The translations under genes and the position numbers were made by a program. Under the pieces are notes generated by a model. It made no database searches. It was not told the origin of the DNA and was given only the letters and a program-made list of their open reading frames with translations. Below are positions 48,560 to 61,135 of a DNA stretch of 64,000 bases, one piece after another (the stretch's first letter is position 1; each line of letters opens with the position of its first letter). This DNA comes from Squalus acanthias (lineage: Eukaryota), in contig CM059438.1 of NCBI GenBank assembly GCA_030390025.1, positions 64,792,001 to 64,856,000 of the forward strand, in the 5' to 3' direction.

Positions 48560-51032
48560 GAAAGAAAGAACGATTATTTACATAACGCCTTTAGAACCTC
48601 AAGACTTTCCAAAGTGCTTCACAGCCAATGAAGTACATAAGAACATAAGAAATAGGAGCAGGGGTAGGCCATTTGGCCCTTCGAGCCTGCTCCGCCATTC
48701 AATGAGATCATGGCTGATCTTCTGCCTCAACTCCATTCACCGGCCCTATCGCCATATCCCTTGATGCCCTTACTAGTCAGAAATCTATCGACTTCTGTTT
48801 TGAATATACCCAATGACTGAGCCTCCACAGTCCTCTGGGGTAGATAATTCCAAAGATTCACCACCCTCTGTGTGAAGAAATTTCTTCTCATCTCAGTCCT
48901 GAATCCTGAGGCTGTGGCCCCTGGTTCTAGACTCCCCAGCCAAGGGAAACATTCTCCCAGCATCCACCCCATCAAGCCCTGTAATAATTTTGTATGCTTC
49001 AATGAGATCCCCTCTCATTCTTCTGAATTCAAGAGAATACAGGCCTAGTTTACTCAATCTCTTCTCATACGACAGTCCCACCATCCCAGGAATCAATCTC
49101 GTGAACCTTCGTTGCACTCCCTCTATGGCAAGTATATCCTTCCTTAGGTAAGGAGACCAAAATTGTACACAATACTCCAGGTGTGGTCTCACCAAGGCCC
49201 TATATAATTGGAGTAAGACTTCTTTACTCCTGTACTCAAATCCTCTTGTAATGAAGGCCAGCATACCATTTGCCTTCCTAATGGCTTGCTGCACCTGCAG
49301 ATTCACTTTCAGTGACTCATGTACAAGGACACCCAGGTCCCTTTGAGCATCTGCATTCCCCAATCTTTCACCATTTAGGAAATACTCTGCCTTTCTGTTT
49401 TTTCTACCAAAGTGGATAACTTCACATTTATCTACATTATATTCCATCTGCCATGTTCTCGCCCACTCACTGAGCCTGTCGAGATCCCCTTGAAGCCTCT
49501 TCACATCCTTTTCACAACTGACACTGCCTCCTAGCTTTGTATCATCAGAAAATGTGGAAATGTTACATTTAGTCCCCTCATCCAAATCATTGATATAGAT
49601 TGTGAATAGCTGGGGCCCAAGCACCGATCCTTGCGGTACCACACTAGTCACAGCCTGCCATCCTGAAAAAGACCCGTTTATCCCTACTCTTTGTATTCTG
49701 TCTGTTAACCAATTCTCAATCCATGCTCGTATATTACCCCCAATTCCATGTGCCCTAATTTTGTTCACCAACCTCTTGTTTGGGACCTTATCGAAGGCCT
49801 TCTGAAAATCCAAATACACCACATCTACCGGTTCCCCTTTGTCTACTTCACTAGTTACATCCTCAAAGAACTCCAATAGGTTTGTTAGACAGGATTTCCC
49901 TTTCATAAATACATGTTGACTCTGCCCAATCTTACTATTAGTTTTTAAGTGCCCAGTTATTGCATCCTTTATAATAGATTCCAGCATTTTGCCAACTACT
50001 GATGTGAGGCTAACAGGTCTGTAGTTCCCCGTTTTCTCTTTCCCTCCTTTCTTAAATAGTGGGATTACATTTGCTACCCTCCAATCTGCAGGAACCGTTC
50101 CAGAATCTATAGAATTTTGGAAGATGACAACCAATGCGTCCACTATCTCAATGGCCACCTCTTTCAAAACCCTAGGATGTAGGTCATCCGGTCCTTGGGA
50201 TTTATCGACTTTTAGTCCCATTAATTTTGCTAGTGCTGTTTTTTTACTAATAATTATTTCTTTAAGTTCCTCATTCTCGCCACACCCTTGGTTTACTTGT
50301 ATTTCTGGGAGGTTTTTTGTGTCTTCCTCCGTGAAGACAGAAACAAAGTATTTATTTAATTTCTCTGCCATTTCCTCATTCCTCATTATAAATTCTCCCA
50401 ACTCTGACTGTAAAGGACCTACATTTACCTTCGCCAGTCTTTTCCTTTTCACGTACCTATAGAAGCTTTTACAATCCGTTTTTATATTTTTCGCTAGTTT
50501 GTGCTCATATTCCATTTTCCCTTTCTTTATCAATTTCTTGGTCCCCCTTTGCTGATTTCCAAAAAGGCCCCAATCCTCAGGCTGACCGCTTTTTCTGGCA
50601 ACTTTATAAGCTTCCTCCTTTGACTTAATACTAGCTTTAATTTCTTTTGTTAGCGTACGTTAGAATTGTAGTCACTGCTGTTTTCAGGTAGGAAATGGGG
50701 CAGCCAATTTGCACACAGCAACGTCCCACTGACAGCAAGGAGGTGATCTGTTTTAGTGAGGTTGGATGAGGGATAAATATTGGCCAGGACACCGGGGAGA
50801 ACTCTCCTACTCTTCTTCAAAAAGTGCCTGAGGTTCTTTTACATCCACCTGAGAGGGCAGTTGGGACCTTGGTTTAACGTCTCATCTGAAAGACGGCACC
50901 TCTGACAGTGCGGCACTCCCTCAGTACTGCACTGAAGTGTCAGCCGAGATTATGTGCTCAAGTCTCTGAACTGAGGCTTGATCCCACAACCTTCTGATTC
51001 AGAGAGTCCTATGCCTGAGTCAAGGGTGACAC
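48560..51032 (-). mobile_element. Deu-SINE split by CR1 (halves 48560-48636 and 50655-51032)
   Basis: Halves rejoin at aa GTAC ..gaattgtagtcactg. Confidence 0.8.
48637..50654 (-). mobile_element. 5'-truncated CR1 LINE with a long open RT frame
   Basis: 546-aa ORF 48893-50533 with full RT motifs (catalytic motif reads FSDD); (TTCTTATG)n tail; short TSD GTAC. Confidence 0.95.
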
Positions 51033-51486
51033 CAAGAATTGGTTTATGGAGTACGACTCCAGAACCAAAACCTTTTTTAAATGGCATTCCAGACATTGGA
51101 TGAATGCACCCTGGCTCTGAGTATACCAAGTTCTTGCCACCCTTCCCCTGGACTTCCAGCAGTTGGAAGGATAATTGCTGACTAGATCACCAATACATTT
51201 GGTAGGGTTTCTCTTTTACTTCTCTTAACTCTTTAGGATAATCAGAGGTAAGAATCAACCAAGGCTTATTACTTTTCTAATTAATGGTTCTTTTAACATC
51301 AAAATACAACAAGTTTTACAGATAGAGATTCATACAACCATTAAGTCAGTAGTACAACTCGAAACTCAGAATATCCAATTTTTCTGCTCCGGGACACTAA
51401 GAGGCTAATTCTCCATCGACATCCTTTCCCTACTGGACTGTCTCTGGTCAGTCTTGTAGACTGTCTCCTTGAACTTTAAAAAAAAA

Positions 51487-51897
51487 TCATTCATGGGATG
51501 TGGGCGTCGCTGGCAAGGCCAGCATTTATTGCCCATCCCTACTTGCCCTTGAGAAGGTGGTGGTGAGCCGCCTTCTTGAACCGCTGCAGTCCGTGTGGTG
51601 AAGGTGCTCCCACAGCGCTGTTAGGGAGGGAGTTCCAGGATTTTGACCCAGCGACGATGAAGGATCGGCGATATACTTCCAAGTCAGGATGGTGTGTGAC
51701 TTGGAGGGGAACTTGCAGGTGGTGGTGTTCCCATGCACCTGCTGCCCTTGTCCTTCTAGGTGGAAGAGGTTGCGGGTTTGGGAGGTGCTGCCGAAGAAGC
51801 CTTGGCGAGTTGCTGCAGTGCATCTTGTAGATGGTACACACTGCAGCCACGGTACGCCGGTGGTGGAGGGAGTGAATGTTTAAGGTGGTGGATGGGG
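51487..51897 (-). mobile_element. 3' end of a distinct CR1-group LINE
   Basis: SLHHRRTVAAVCTIYKMH...RRSFIVAGSKSWNSLP...FKKAAHHHL; T-rich tail on the element strand. Confidence 0.75.
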
Positions 51898-52847
51898 TCT
51901 GCTTACTAAAATAGCTGGTTTTATACCCTTTTTGCTGGTGCAAAACAAGCTTCTAGTATTTTCCCATTTTTAGAAGAAGTTGATACTACAGTATCTGTCA
52001 TTTCCAACAGCTTCTCACAGACTTTCAAGGTCTGGCATCTGTTTAATCATTAACCTTCTAGACAGTCTGCTGAATAAGACTTTTCCAATATGGCCAACCC
52101 TTCCCAGCATGCCACCTTGAACTGTCAGTTGCAGATAATCAATCCAGATTTCCAGCCAGTCCTTTTAGTTCCCTTAAAACTGGTATTTTGGTGAAAAGTC
52201 CAAAATCCTTCACATTCTATTCCAAACATATTTTTTGAAGAAGAAGAAGCTTCCATTCCTGCAGCTCCAGATAATGGGGGTGCAGTAAATTATAACTTGT
52301 CACAAAATCGCACATAATACTTCAAGTGTGCCTTTTAAAGATTGCACCAACATTAAACTCCAAGCAAGAAATTAATAAAAACAGCAATTCTGCTGGCACA
52401 GCTTGTCAGTTGAAGCCAGTCTGAAGGTTGTGGAATTTGATTTTGTTGCAGTGAAGTAGGATCTGGAGGATATGGGCATAAATAAGAATAATTTTGGAAG
52501 GAAAATAAATCAAATTTGTGTCCCTTCACATTACACTGATCATCATGTTCCATAGATATTTTTATCTGAACCAATTCTCAATCGGCTTGGGAAATTTGAG
52601 AAAAGTTCTACTGCAAATACAAAGCTTAAATACAGCGCATGGAGCATGGAGAAATCATTGCATTGATTTCCAGTAAAGTAAAATGAAGTCATACTCCAGG
52701 GACAAGGATACATGTAAGTAAGTGAGATTTAATTTAAAGAACTCCCCCACCTCTCTCTCACAAGCACTTCAGAATTAGATTTTTTTCATACCTGGAAGAT
52801 AGAACACTCACGATGGTGATTGGGATTTCATCCATCAGGAGAATTAC

Positions 52848-55562
52848 GACAGTGAATGGGCCTTCTCCTGACAGGAAACCAGGAGGATGAATGGGCCTTC
52901 TCCTGACAGAAAACCAAGACAGTGAATGGGCCTCTACCTGATAGGAAACCAGGACAGTGAAATGGCCTTCACCTAACAGGAAACCAGGACAGTGAATGGG
53001 CCTTCTCCTGACAGGAAACCAGAAGGGTGAATGGGCCTCTACCTGACAGGAAACCAGAACGGTTAATGGGCCTCTACCTGATAGGAAACCAGGACGGTGA
53101 ATGGACCTCTACCTGATAGGAAACCAGAACGGTGAATGGGCCTTCTCCTGCCAGAAAACCAAGACAGTGAAATGGCCTTCACCTAACAGGAAACCAGAAG
53201 GGTGAATGGGCCTCTACCTGACAGGAAACCAGAACGGTGAATGGACCTCTACCTGATAGGATACCAGGACGGTGAATGGGCCTTCTCCTGCCAGAAAACC
53301 AAGACAGTGAAATGGCCTTCACCTAACAGGAAACCAGGACAGTGAATGGGCCTTCTTCTGACAGGAAACCAGGACAGTGAAATGGCCTTCACCTAACAGG
53401 AAACCAGGACAGTGAATGGGCCTTCTTCTGACAGGAAACCAGGACAGTGAATGGGCCTTCTCCTGACAGGAAACCAGAACGGTGAATGGGCCTTCACCTG
53501 ATAGGAAACCAGGACGGTGAATGGGCCTCTACCTGATAGGAAACCAGGACGGTGAATGGGCCTTCTCCTGCCAGAAAACCAGGAGGGTGAATGGGCCTTC
53601 TCCTGCCAGAAAACCAAGACAGTGAATGGGCCTCTACCTGATAGGAAACCAGGACGGTGAATGGGCCTTCTCCTGCCAGAAAACCAAGACAGTGAAATGG
53701 CCTTCACCTAACAGGAAACCAGGACAGTGAATGGGCCTTCACCTGACAGGAAACCAGGAGGGTGAATGGGCCTTCTCCTGACAGGAAACCAGGAGGGTGA
53801 ATGGGCCTTCTTCTGACAGGAAACCAGGAGGGTGAATGGGCCTTCTCCTGACAGGAAACCAGGAGGGTGAATGGGCCTTCTCCTGACAGGAAACCAGGAG
53901 GGTGAATGGGCCTCTACCTGACAGGAAACCAGGAGAGTGAATGGGCCTTCTCCTGACAGGAAACCAGGAGGGTGAATGGGCCTTCTCCTGCCAGGAAACC
54001 AGGAGGGTGAATGGGCCTCTACCTGACAGGAAACCAGGAGAGTGAATGGGCCTTCTCCTGACAGGAAACCAGGAGAGTGAATGGGCCTTCTCCTGACAGG
54101 AAACCAGGAGGGTGAATGGGCCTTCTCCTGACAGGAAACCAGGAGGGTGAATGGGCCTTCTCCTGACAGGAAACCAGGAGGGTGAATGGGCCTTCTCCTG
54201 ACAGGAAACCAGGAGAGTGAATGGGCCTTCTCCTGACAGGAAACCAGGAGGGTGAATGGGCCTTCTCCTGACAGGAAACCAGGTGGGTGAATGGGCCTTC
54301 ACCTGACAGGAAACCAGGAGGGTGAATGGGCCTTCTCCTGACAGGAAACCAGGAGGGTAAATGGGCCTTCACCTGACAGGAAACAAGGACAGTGAATGGG
54401 CCTTCTCCTGACAGGAAACCAGGACAGTGAATGGGCCTTCACCTGACAGGAAACTAGGAGGGTGAATGGGCCTCTGCCTGACAGGAAACCAGGTGGGTGA
54501 ATGGGCCTCTACCTGACAGGAAACCAGGACGGTGAATGGGCCTTCTCCTGTCAGGAAACCAGGAGGGTGAATGGGCCTTCTCCTGACAGGAAACCAGGAC
54601 GGTGAATGGGCCTTCTCCTGTCAGGAAACCAGGACGGTGAATGGGCCTTCTCCTGTCAGGAAACCAGGAGGGTGAATGGGTCTTCACCTCACAGGAAACC
54701 AGGAGGGTGAAATGGCCTTCTCCTGACAGGAAACCAGGACAGTGAATGGGCCTTCACCTGACAGGAAACCAGGAGGGTGAATGGGCCTTCTCCTGACAGG
54801 AAACCAGGACGGTGAATGGGACTTCACCTCACAGGAAACCAGGAGGGTGAAATGGCCTTCTCCTGACAGGAAACCAGGACAGTGAATGGGCCTTCACCTG
54901 ACAGGAAACCAGGAGGGTGAATGGGCCTTCTCCTGACAGGAAACCAGGACGGTGAATGGGCCTTCACCTCACAGGAAACCAGGAGGGTGAAATGGCCTTC
55001 TCCTGACAGGAAACCAGGACAGTGAATGGGCCTCTGCCTGACAGGAAACCAGGTGGGTGAATGGGCCTCTACCTGACAGGAAACCAGGAGGGTGAATGGG
55101 CCTTCACCTGACAGGAAACCAGGAGGGTGAATGGGCCTTCACCTGACAGGAAACCAGGATAGTGAATGGGCCTTCTCCTGACAGGAAACCAGGACCATGA
55201 ATGGGCCTTCACCTGACAGGAAACCAGGGGGGTAAATGGGCCTTCACCTGACAGGAAACCAGGACGGTGAATGGGCCTTCACCTGACAGGAAACCAGGGG
55301 GATAAATGGGCCTTCACCTCACAGGAAACCAGGAGGGTGAATGGGCCTTCACCTGACAGGAAACCAGGACAGTGAATGGGCCTTCACCTGACAGGAAACC
55401 AGGGGGGTAAATGGGCCTTCACCTCACAGGAAACCAGGACCATGAATGGGCCTTCACCTGACAGGAAACCAGGAGGGTGAATGGGCCTTCACCTCACAGG
55501 AAACCAGGACCATGAATGGGCCTTCACCTCACAGGAAACCAGGAGGGTGAATGGGCCTTCAC
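52848..55562. repeat. 35-bp tandem array, ~77 units, consensus GTGAATGGGCCTTCTCCTGACAGGAAACCAGGAGG
   Basis: Period measured directly (e.g. 53762 to 53797); units abut with no unique spacers. Confidence 0.97.
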
Positions 55563-56102
55563 GTTTCCATGTCCCCCGCCTTTTGCAGTGTTCATACATT
55601 GATGGTCTCATGCTGTTGTGGTTTATCTACTTTAAGCAGACCAGCTGCTGTTGTGTCGATGAATATTGATGTTTCAAAATAAAGCCCAGCTTTTCGAATA
55701 GCCTTCTTAGTGCTGGATTGCCTACTGAGAAAAGCTGTTCTTGCTATTACTATGCAGGTTGTGTGTGTTTACAGGGGGTGTGGGTGAGGGGAGAACATTA
55801 GCAGCCCTCAACCTTCAGTGTGTTATATCTAATTGCATTTTAATCCTTATTTGCAATATCCTTTCATCTTTGTTTTATGGAGGAAAACTGTAGATATGAA
55901 AATAATCAGATCATAATCCGCAGAATGTGCGCCGGATGCACTAGAAGTACATCCTCCATGTATATGTGGTTACGCAATGTGATTGAACTGGTAACAGCTA
56001 CCACAAGAACTGCAGTCTGTGTCCTTAGCTATGAACCCACGACTGAATCTTTCAGATAGTATTATAAAGGGATACAAGGCTCTGATTATTGTGGGTGCAG
56101 AC

Positions 56103-56250
56103 GAGGGTTGCCAACCCTCCAGGAATCTCCTGGTGTCTCCAGGAATTAATCTCCTGGACATTGCTGCGAGGAACCATGGAGAAAACTCATAGGGGTATTA
56201 AACCTCTTTGAAGCCTCCAGGAATACCTCCAATCAGAGTTGGCAACCCTA
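56103..56250. mobile_element. Short hAT-like MITE
   Basis: TIR GAGGGTTGCCAAC / GTTGGCAACCCTA; imperfect 8-bp TSD gtgcagac / gaacagac. Confidence 0.8.
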
Positions 56251-56323
56251 GAACAGACTGCAAAAAATTTTAGCATTAGTCACCAAGTCTGGCATAAAGG
56301 AAAGGCACAAGTTAAAACATAAA

Positions 56324-56550
56324 GGGCTAGAAATTTGGGTGCCTGAATGTTGAAGCCCAAGATGCCCTGGCCTCGGGCCTCATTTAAATGGATCGGGCGT
56401 GATGCGAACAGCCAGTCGTTGAAGAGTAAACCAAGATTGGGCGGCTGCTAGGGTCGCAGCAGCTCTCAGATAAGTGAAGCGGGTGTGTAGTGCGCTTCCT
56501 GCCCGTCATATCGAGGAGTTAGTAGGGCGGTTAGCGCCCAAAAATGGCCC
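56324..56550. mobile_element. Harbinger-type terminal fragment
   Basis: Starts GGGCTAGAAATT, the same end as at 13814; distal end not defined. Confidence 0.45.
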
Positions 56551-56753
56551 ATGTCTGGAGTAAGGAAAAGGCTAAATCGTTCTCTCAAACCCACTCCAGA
56601 GTCCGTGTCTGATTATTTCGTATTGGACATTCTCCTCCCCCCCCCCCAACTATTATCCTTCGATTCATGACTAAGATCAGAGCACGTGGAATCAGGGGAC
56701 AAGTAGCAGAATGGATAGCAAGCAGGGTACAAAACAAAAAAACAGAGAGTTTG

Positions 56754-57611
56754 TGGGCGATTTTGTGAATGGGGGCATGTTGGAGGCGGGACTGCTGCTT
56801 GTCGGGTTTTAGTTCCCGCCTCCATCGATTTGTGGCCAACCCAGGCTATTTTCCCTTGATTGATCTTGTTAAGCCCGCCCAGCGGGCTTAGCAGGCCAAT
56901 TAAGGGAAAGCCGGTTGCAGAGCACGTCAACGTATGACGTTTTATCTGTCAAAAATTTTTGACAGATGAATTGTCATCGTTTGACAGCTCTGTGAAGCTG
57001 TCAAACAGTGACATTCTCTGCAGTTTGATGAGGTCTTGCATACAAGACCTCATCAACCTTCTTTCTTTTACAGAAATGAGATGGTTGTTGCATCTGAGAA
57101 TGCAACGGACATCTCTCATCTGCAACACGGAGGTCTGAGACTCTCCGCATACAAACCAACTGAAGCCTGCAGGAAGAAACAAAGGTAAGTACACTTTTAA
57201 AAACACTTTGCACTTACCTCAGATACTCACCTCTACACTATTGCACCCATCACTTACCTTCACACCACACTTTTGCACCCCCACCCCGACCCCCGCAGAC
57301 CCAGTACTCGCCTCGCTGAGCTGGCGTGTTTTGGAGCCTTCGGGAAGCCCGCACTTGTGAGGGCAAAAAGGGGATAATCCTAATTTCTGCCTGTTAACGA
57401 CCTGTTAACAGGCAGTTAATAGGCTTTAATCCCTTCCCACCTCCAAGGAGATGGGACCCGGCGCGGGACGGCTACCCGCCTCCTAGGAAGATGGCATGGA
57501 GGCGCATTGGGGGAGGGTTGGGGGCAGGTTGGGCACCCACCCCCAAATTCTGCCATTTTCCCAGCAGTCCCGCCTCCATACCCACCTCCCCAGGGCTGGC
57601 AAAATCGGCCC
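56754..57611. mobile_element. Harbinger-type MITE, inverted homologue of 42156-43008
   Basis: TGGGCGATTTTG / CAAAATCGGCCC; shared GTTAACAGG repeats and aagcccgc...ccaattaagggaaagcc. Confidence 0.75.
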
Positions 57612-57624
57612 CTAGGAGTTAAAG

Positions 57625-58005
57625 GTATTTACTCAGACTGGCAGAAGGTGGGAAGTGGTGTTCCACAGGGATGGGTGCTGGGACCACTGTTGTTCACAAT
57701 TCACATTAACGATTTAGACTCGGGAATCGGAAGTACAATTTCTAAATTTCCGGATGACACCAAATTGTGGTTGCAGTTGATACAAAGGAAGATTGTGACA
57801 AAATACAAGCACACATTAATAAACTTGCAGAATGGGTGTTTAATTGGCAAATTAATTTCAATATAGATAAGTGCGAGTTGGTACATTTTGGTAGGAAGAA
57901 TAAGGAGTCCACATACTGCTTGGTTAATAAGAGTATAAATGGGGTGGAGGAGCAAAAGGATCGAGGGGTACAGATATACAAATCACTAAAAGTCACGATG
58001 CAGTT
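57625..58005 (+). mobile_element. Internal CR1 RT fragment
   Basis: [22 protein letters not shown]...[23 protein letters not shown]. Confidence 0.85.
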
Positions 58006-58010
58006 TTAGA

Positions 58011-58173
58011 AGGGCCTCGGTTTAACGTCTCATCCGAAAGACGGCACCGAAAGTTGACAATGCAGCGCTCCCTCAGTACTGCACTGGAGTGTCAACCTAG
58101 ATTATGTCTTCAAGTCTCTGGAATAAGACTTGAACCCACAACCTTTCTGACTCACAGGCGAGAGTGCTGCCAC
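58011..58173 (-). mobile_element. Deu-SINE 5' fragment
   Basis: gggcctcggtttaacgtctcatccgaaagacggcac...cttgaacccacaacc. Confidence 0.8.
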
Positions 58174-59160
58174 AGAAAGGGATGGCTTGTTGATTCTGAA
58201 ATCCTTTTCCTGCCTTTCCAATAAACCCTTCTGTTCCTTCACAAGCACTTTTGCAAAGCATTGAATTCTTTGTGACCAGTAAATTGTCAGGATTTTTATT
58301 AACTAACTCACCTAACAGAAACATTGATTGACACATATTATTATAAAATCCAAGCAGTTGTTCCGCCAAATCCAATGACACGGTGAATGATGACGACAGC
58401 AAGAACGTTTAACATGGAAAAACATCCCAACACACTTTACAAAGGGAGAAAAAACAACAAATTTCAAGTCATGGTGAGTTAGGAGAGGTGACTGAAAGCT
58501 TAGGCAACAAGATGGGCTATAGGTAGCCTTTTAAAGGTGGAGAGAGATGCAGAGGTGTTTGGAGGAGAGGTTCCAAAGAGTGGGACCAAGGCAACTGAAG
58601 ACTCTGTCATCATTGGTGGGGGCAACGGAAGGGCAAACATTTGTAGCTGCAGAGATTTATGCCATTTATAAAATCGGACTGATTTGGATACCTAACTCAG
58701 TATGGCAATCCAACAACAACAACTTGCATTTATATAGCATCTTTAGCATATTATCCAAGTAGATTGAGAGTGCAGCTACTCACTCACAGCACCAGAGAAA
58801 GAACATAGACTCAGTCAGCAAATATCCTCGCCGTGATCATGCAGACAGTTCTCAGTGTATCTTTCTGACAGCAGTTCAGTTTAGGGACACAAATGTTATT
58901 TTAAATCATATGATGCCCTCTGACCTCCGCAATTATGCGTTCTGCCTTTTAACTCCTCACTGGTACATTTTTATTGTTTTTGCAATATATGTAGATTATT
59001 AAATAATTCAGCAGGACACTTAAGGGACACTTATACTACTGGCCTCAAACCTATATCTGGTTAGAGCACAGCAGACAGTCCCAAGTTATACTGCTGGCTA
59101 CGTATCGCTCCGTTGTCAGGGAAAGCTGAGTTCTGTGCATGTACATGGGCACCCATGTGT

Positions 59161-59540
59161 AGAACATAAGAACATAAGACATAGGAGCAGGAGTAGGTCA
59201 TTTGGCCCCTCGAGCCTGCTCCGCCATTCAATAAGATCATGGCTGATCTGATCTTGGCCTCAACTCCACTTCCCTGCCCGCTCCCCATAACCCTTGACTC
59301 CCTTATCGTTCAAAAATCTGTCTATCTCCGCCTTAAATATATTCAATGACCCAGCCTCCACAGCTCTCTGGGGAAGAGAATTCCAAAGATTCATGAACCT
59401 CTGAGAGAAGAAATTCCCCCTCATTTCCGATTTAAAAGGGTTTCCCCTTATTCTGAAATTATGGCCCCTAGTTCTGGATTCCCCCACGAGGGGAAACATC
59501 CTCTCTGCATCTACCCGGTCAAGCCCCTTCAGAATCTTAT
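59161..59540 (-). mobile_element. CR1 3' fragment
   Basis: MFPLVGESRTRGHNFRIRG...LWNSLPQRAV plus tail. Confidence 0.9.
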
Positions 59541-59716
59541 GGGGGAAAAAATTCAGTTGGTTTGCGCCTCCCGTTAGCGCCTTAAGAGGGCGCTAATAGG
59601 GCGCAAAGCAACTAGCGCCCGTGCGCGGCGATGTTTGCGCCACTCACGAAATTAACTAGACATTTTGCGGCGGCGCTAAACACTACCGCCACGATCTCCT
59701 GCGCCGGCAGATCGTG
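59541..59716 (-). mobile_element. Single Harbinger end of the 17102-21219 family
   Basis: GGGGGAAAAAATT then the reverse complement of ~21045-21215. Confidence 0.8.
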
Positions 59717-59978
59717 ATAAAAGAAACTTATACATTTAGAAACAATTATACTATCCTGGCCAACATTCCCCCTTTAACTAGTACTAATTAAAGTCAGATT
59801 AACCAGTTATCCATCTCTGCAGTTTATAGGATGTTGCTGTGCACACAGAAGGTTATGCTGATAGACTTAGATGAAGTAAGGTCGGAGGAACATCAATACT
59901 GGCACTGACCTGTTGGGCCAAATGGCCTGTTTCTGTGCTGTAACTTCTATGTAATTCTGTATATGCCAGTTATCTAAC

Positions 59979-60196
59979 CAGAATCCTGTGGTGTTTGTGT
60001 CCTGACATTTCTTGATGGTTGCGCCAGGATCTCCATTTCTTTTCCATGAGTTTCTTCATGGCCTTGAACTTCCACCCATTCCTTACAAGACAAATGACGG
60101 CAAGGGAGAGGAGCCAGGGGTGGGAATTCCCTAAGCTGGGAGTTCTCGCTCTTCATGGTTCCAGTGAGACCTGGTGTATTAGTGCTGGCTGATACC
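59979..60196 (-). CDS. Candidate internal exon, unidentified
   Basis: Acceptor cctccatccattcag, open frame VSASTNTPGLTG...RTQTPQDS, weak donor gttaga. Confidence 0.15.
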
Positions 60197-61029
60197 CTGA
60201 ATGGATGGAGGTTTACTGGCCTGGTCTCCACATGGGTGTGAGTGCACTACACCAGTGGGATCCAGGCTCGGCAAGCAGCCTGGACCCTCAAGAGAAGTGA
60301 CAATTTTCTTTTGAAAAAAATTCCTTGCTCAGAGGGCCAATAGTACAGAGGCTGGAGTTGTGGGGGAAGGCGGGGGTGGTGGGTACAGGCTGGGTAACTC
60401 TAGGCCCCTCACGGCAGGTGCTGGAGTTGCCAGTAGGCAAGGACAGGCCAGTGCCAGAGATGCATCTGAAGTGGTGCATTCACCCGCCTGCCCCATGTAA
60501 ATGAGCTACCTTCCCACTGATCCTGCAAACTCCAGCAGGGGGCGGGGGTGGTGGTGAGCGGGTGAGCGCTGCAAAGTCCCGTCCAGCACAATCTGGGGTA
60601 ACAGCCAGCATCACAACCCAAGGATCCATGATGTCAATCGGCAGTTCAATGACATCCTCTCCCCTACAAATGACCGCCTCAGTATCAGCTCAGAAGATCA
60701 CGAGGTCCTCTTTAATATCGGGTCAGAAGATCACAAGGTAAATATGGATGAGAAAGACTGTTTAGCTCATCTAAGCTCATCCTTGTAGAAAAACCTAGAC
60801 ACAGCATCCAGCTGTCTCTCAAGTGAGGTCCTGAATTTCTGAAGTCTGTTCCAAGGGTTGGTTATTCTTTCCAAGCAGAAGAAACTTCTGACATCACTCT
60901 TACATTAGCCTCCCACCAGTCTGAACTTGTGCTCCCTTGTTCTACTCTTCAGTTTTGTCTTGATGCAGTGTACTGGATTTACCGTGTCTATATCGTGTGC
61001 TGTTTTAGGTACCCGAAGGGCACATGGAC

Positions 61030-61135
61030 AGTTGCTTCTGAACCAAGGTCATTGACCAGAAATGTTAACTGTGTTTCTCTCTTCACAGATGCCGCCTGAC
61101 CTGCTGAGTGTTTTCAGTATTTTCTGTTTTTGTTC
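61030..61135 (+). mobile_element. Degraded Penelope family B end (hammerhead core mutated)
   Basis: ttctgaaccaaggtcattgaccagaaatgttaactgtgtttctc...gacctgctgagt. Confidence 0.65.

Noticed and set aside
52848..55562. CRISPR-like array (35-bp partly palindromic repeats) or repetitive protein ORFs
   Set aside because: Units abut with no unique spacers, there are no cas genes and the context is vertebrate; the ORFs are translations of the repeat
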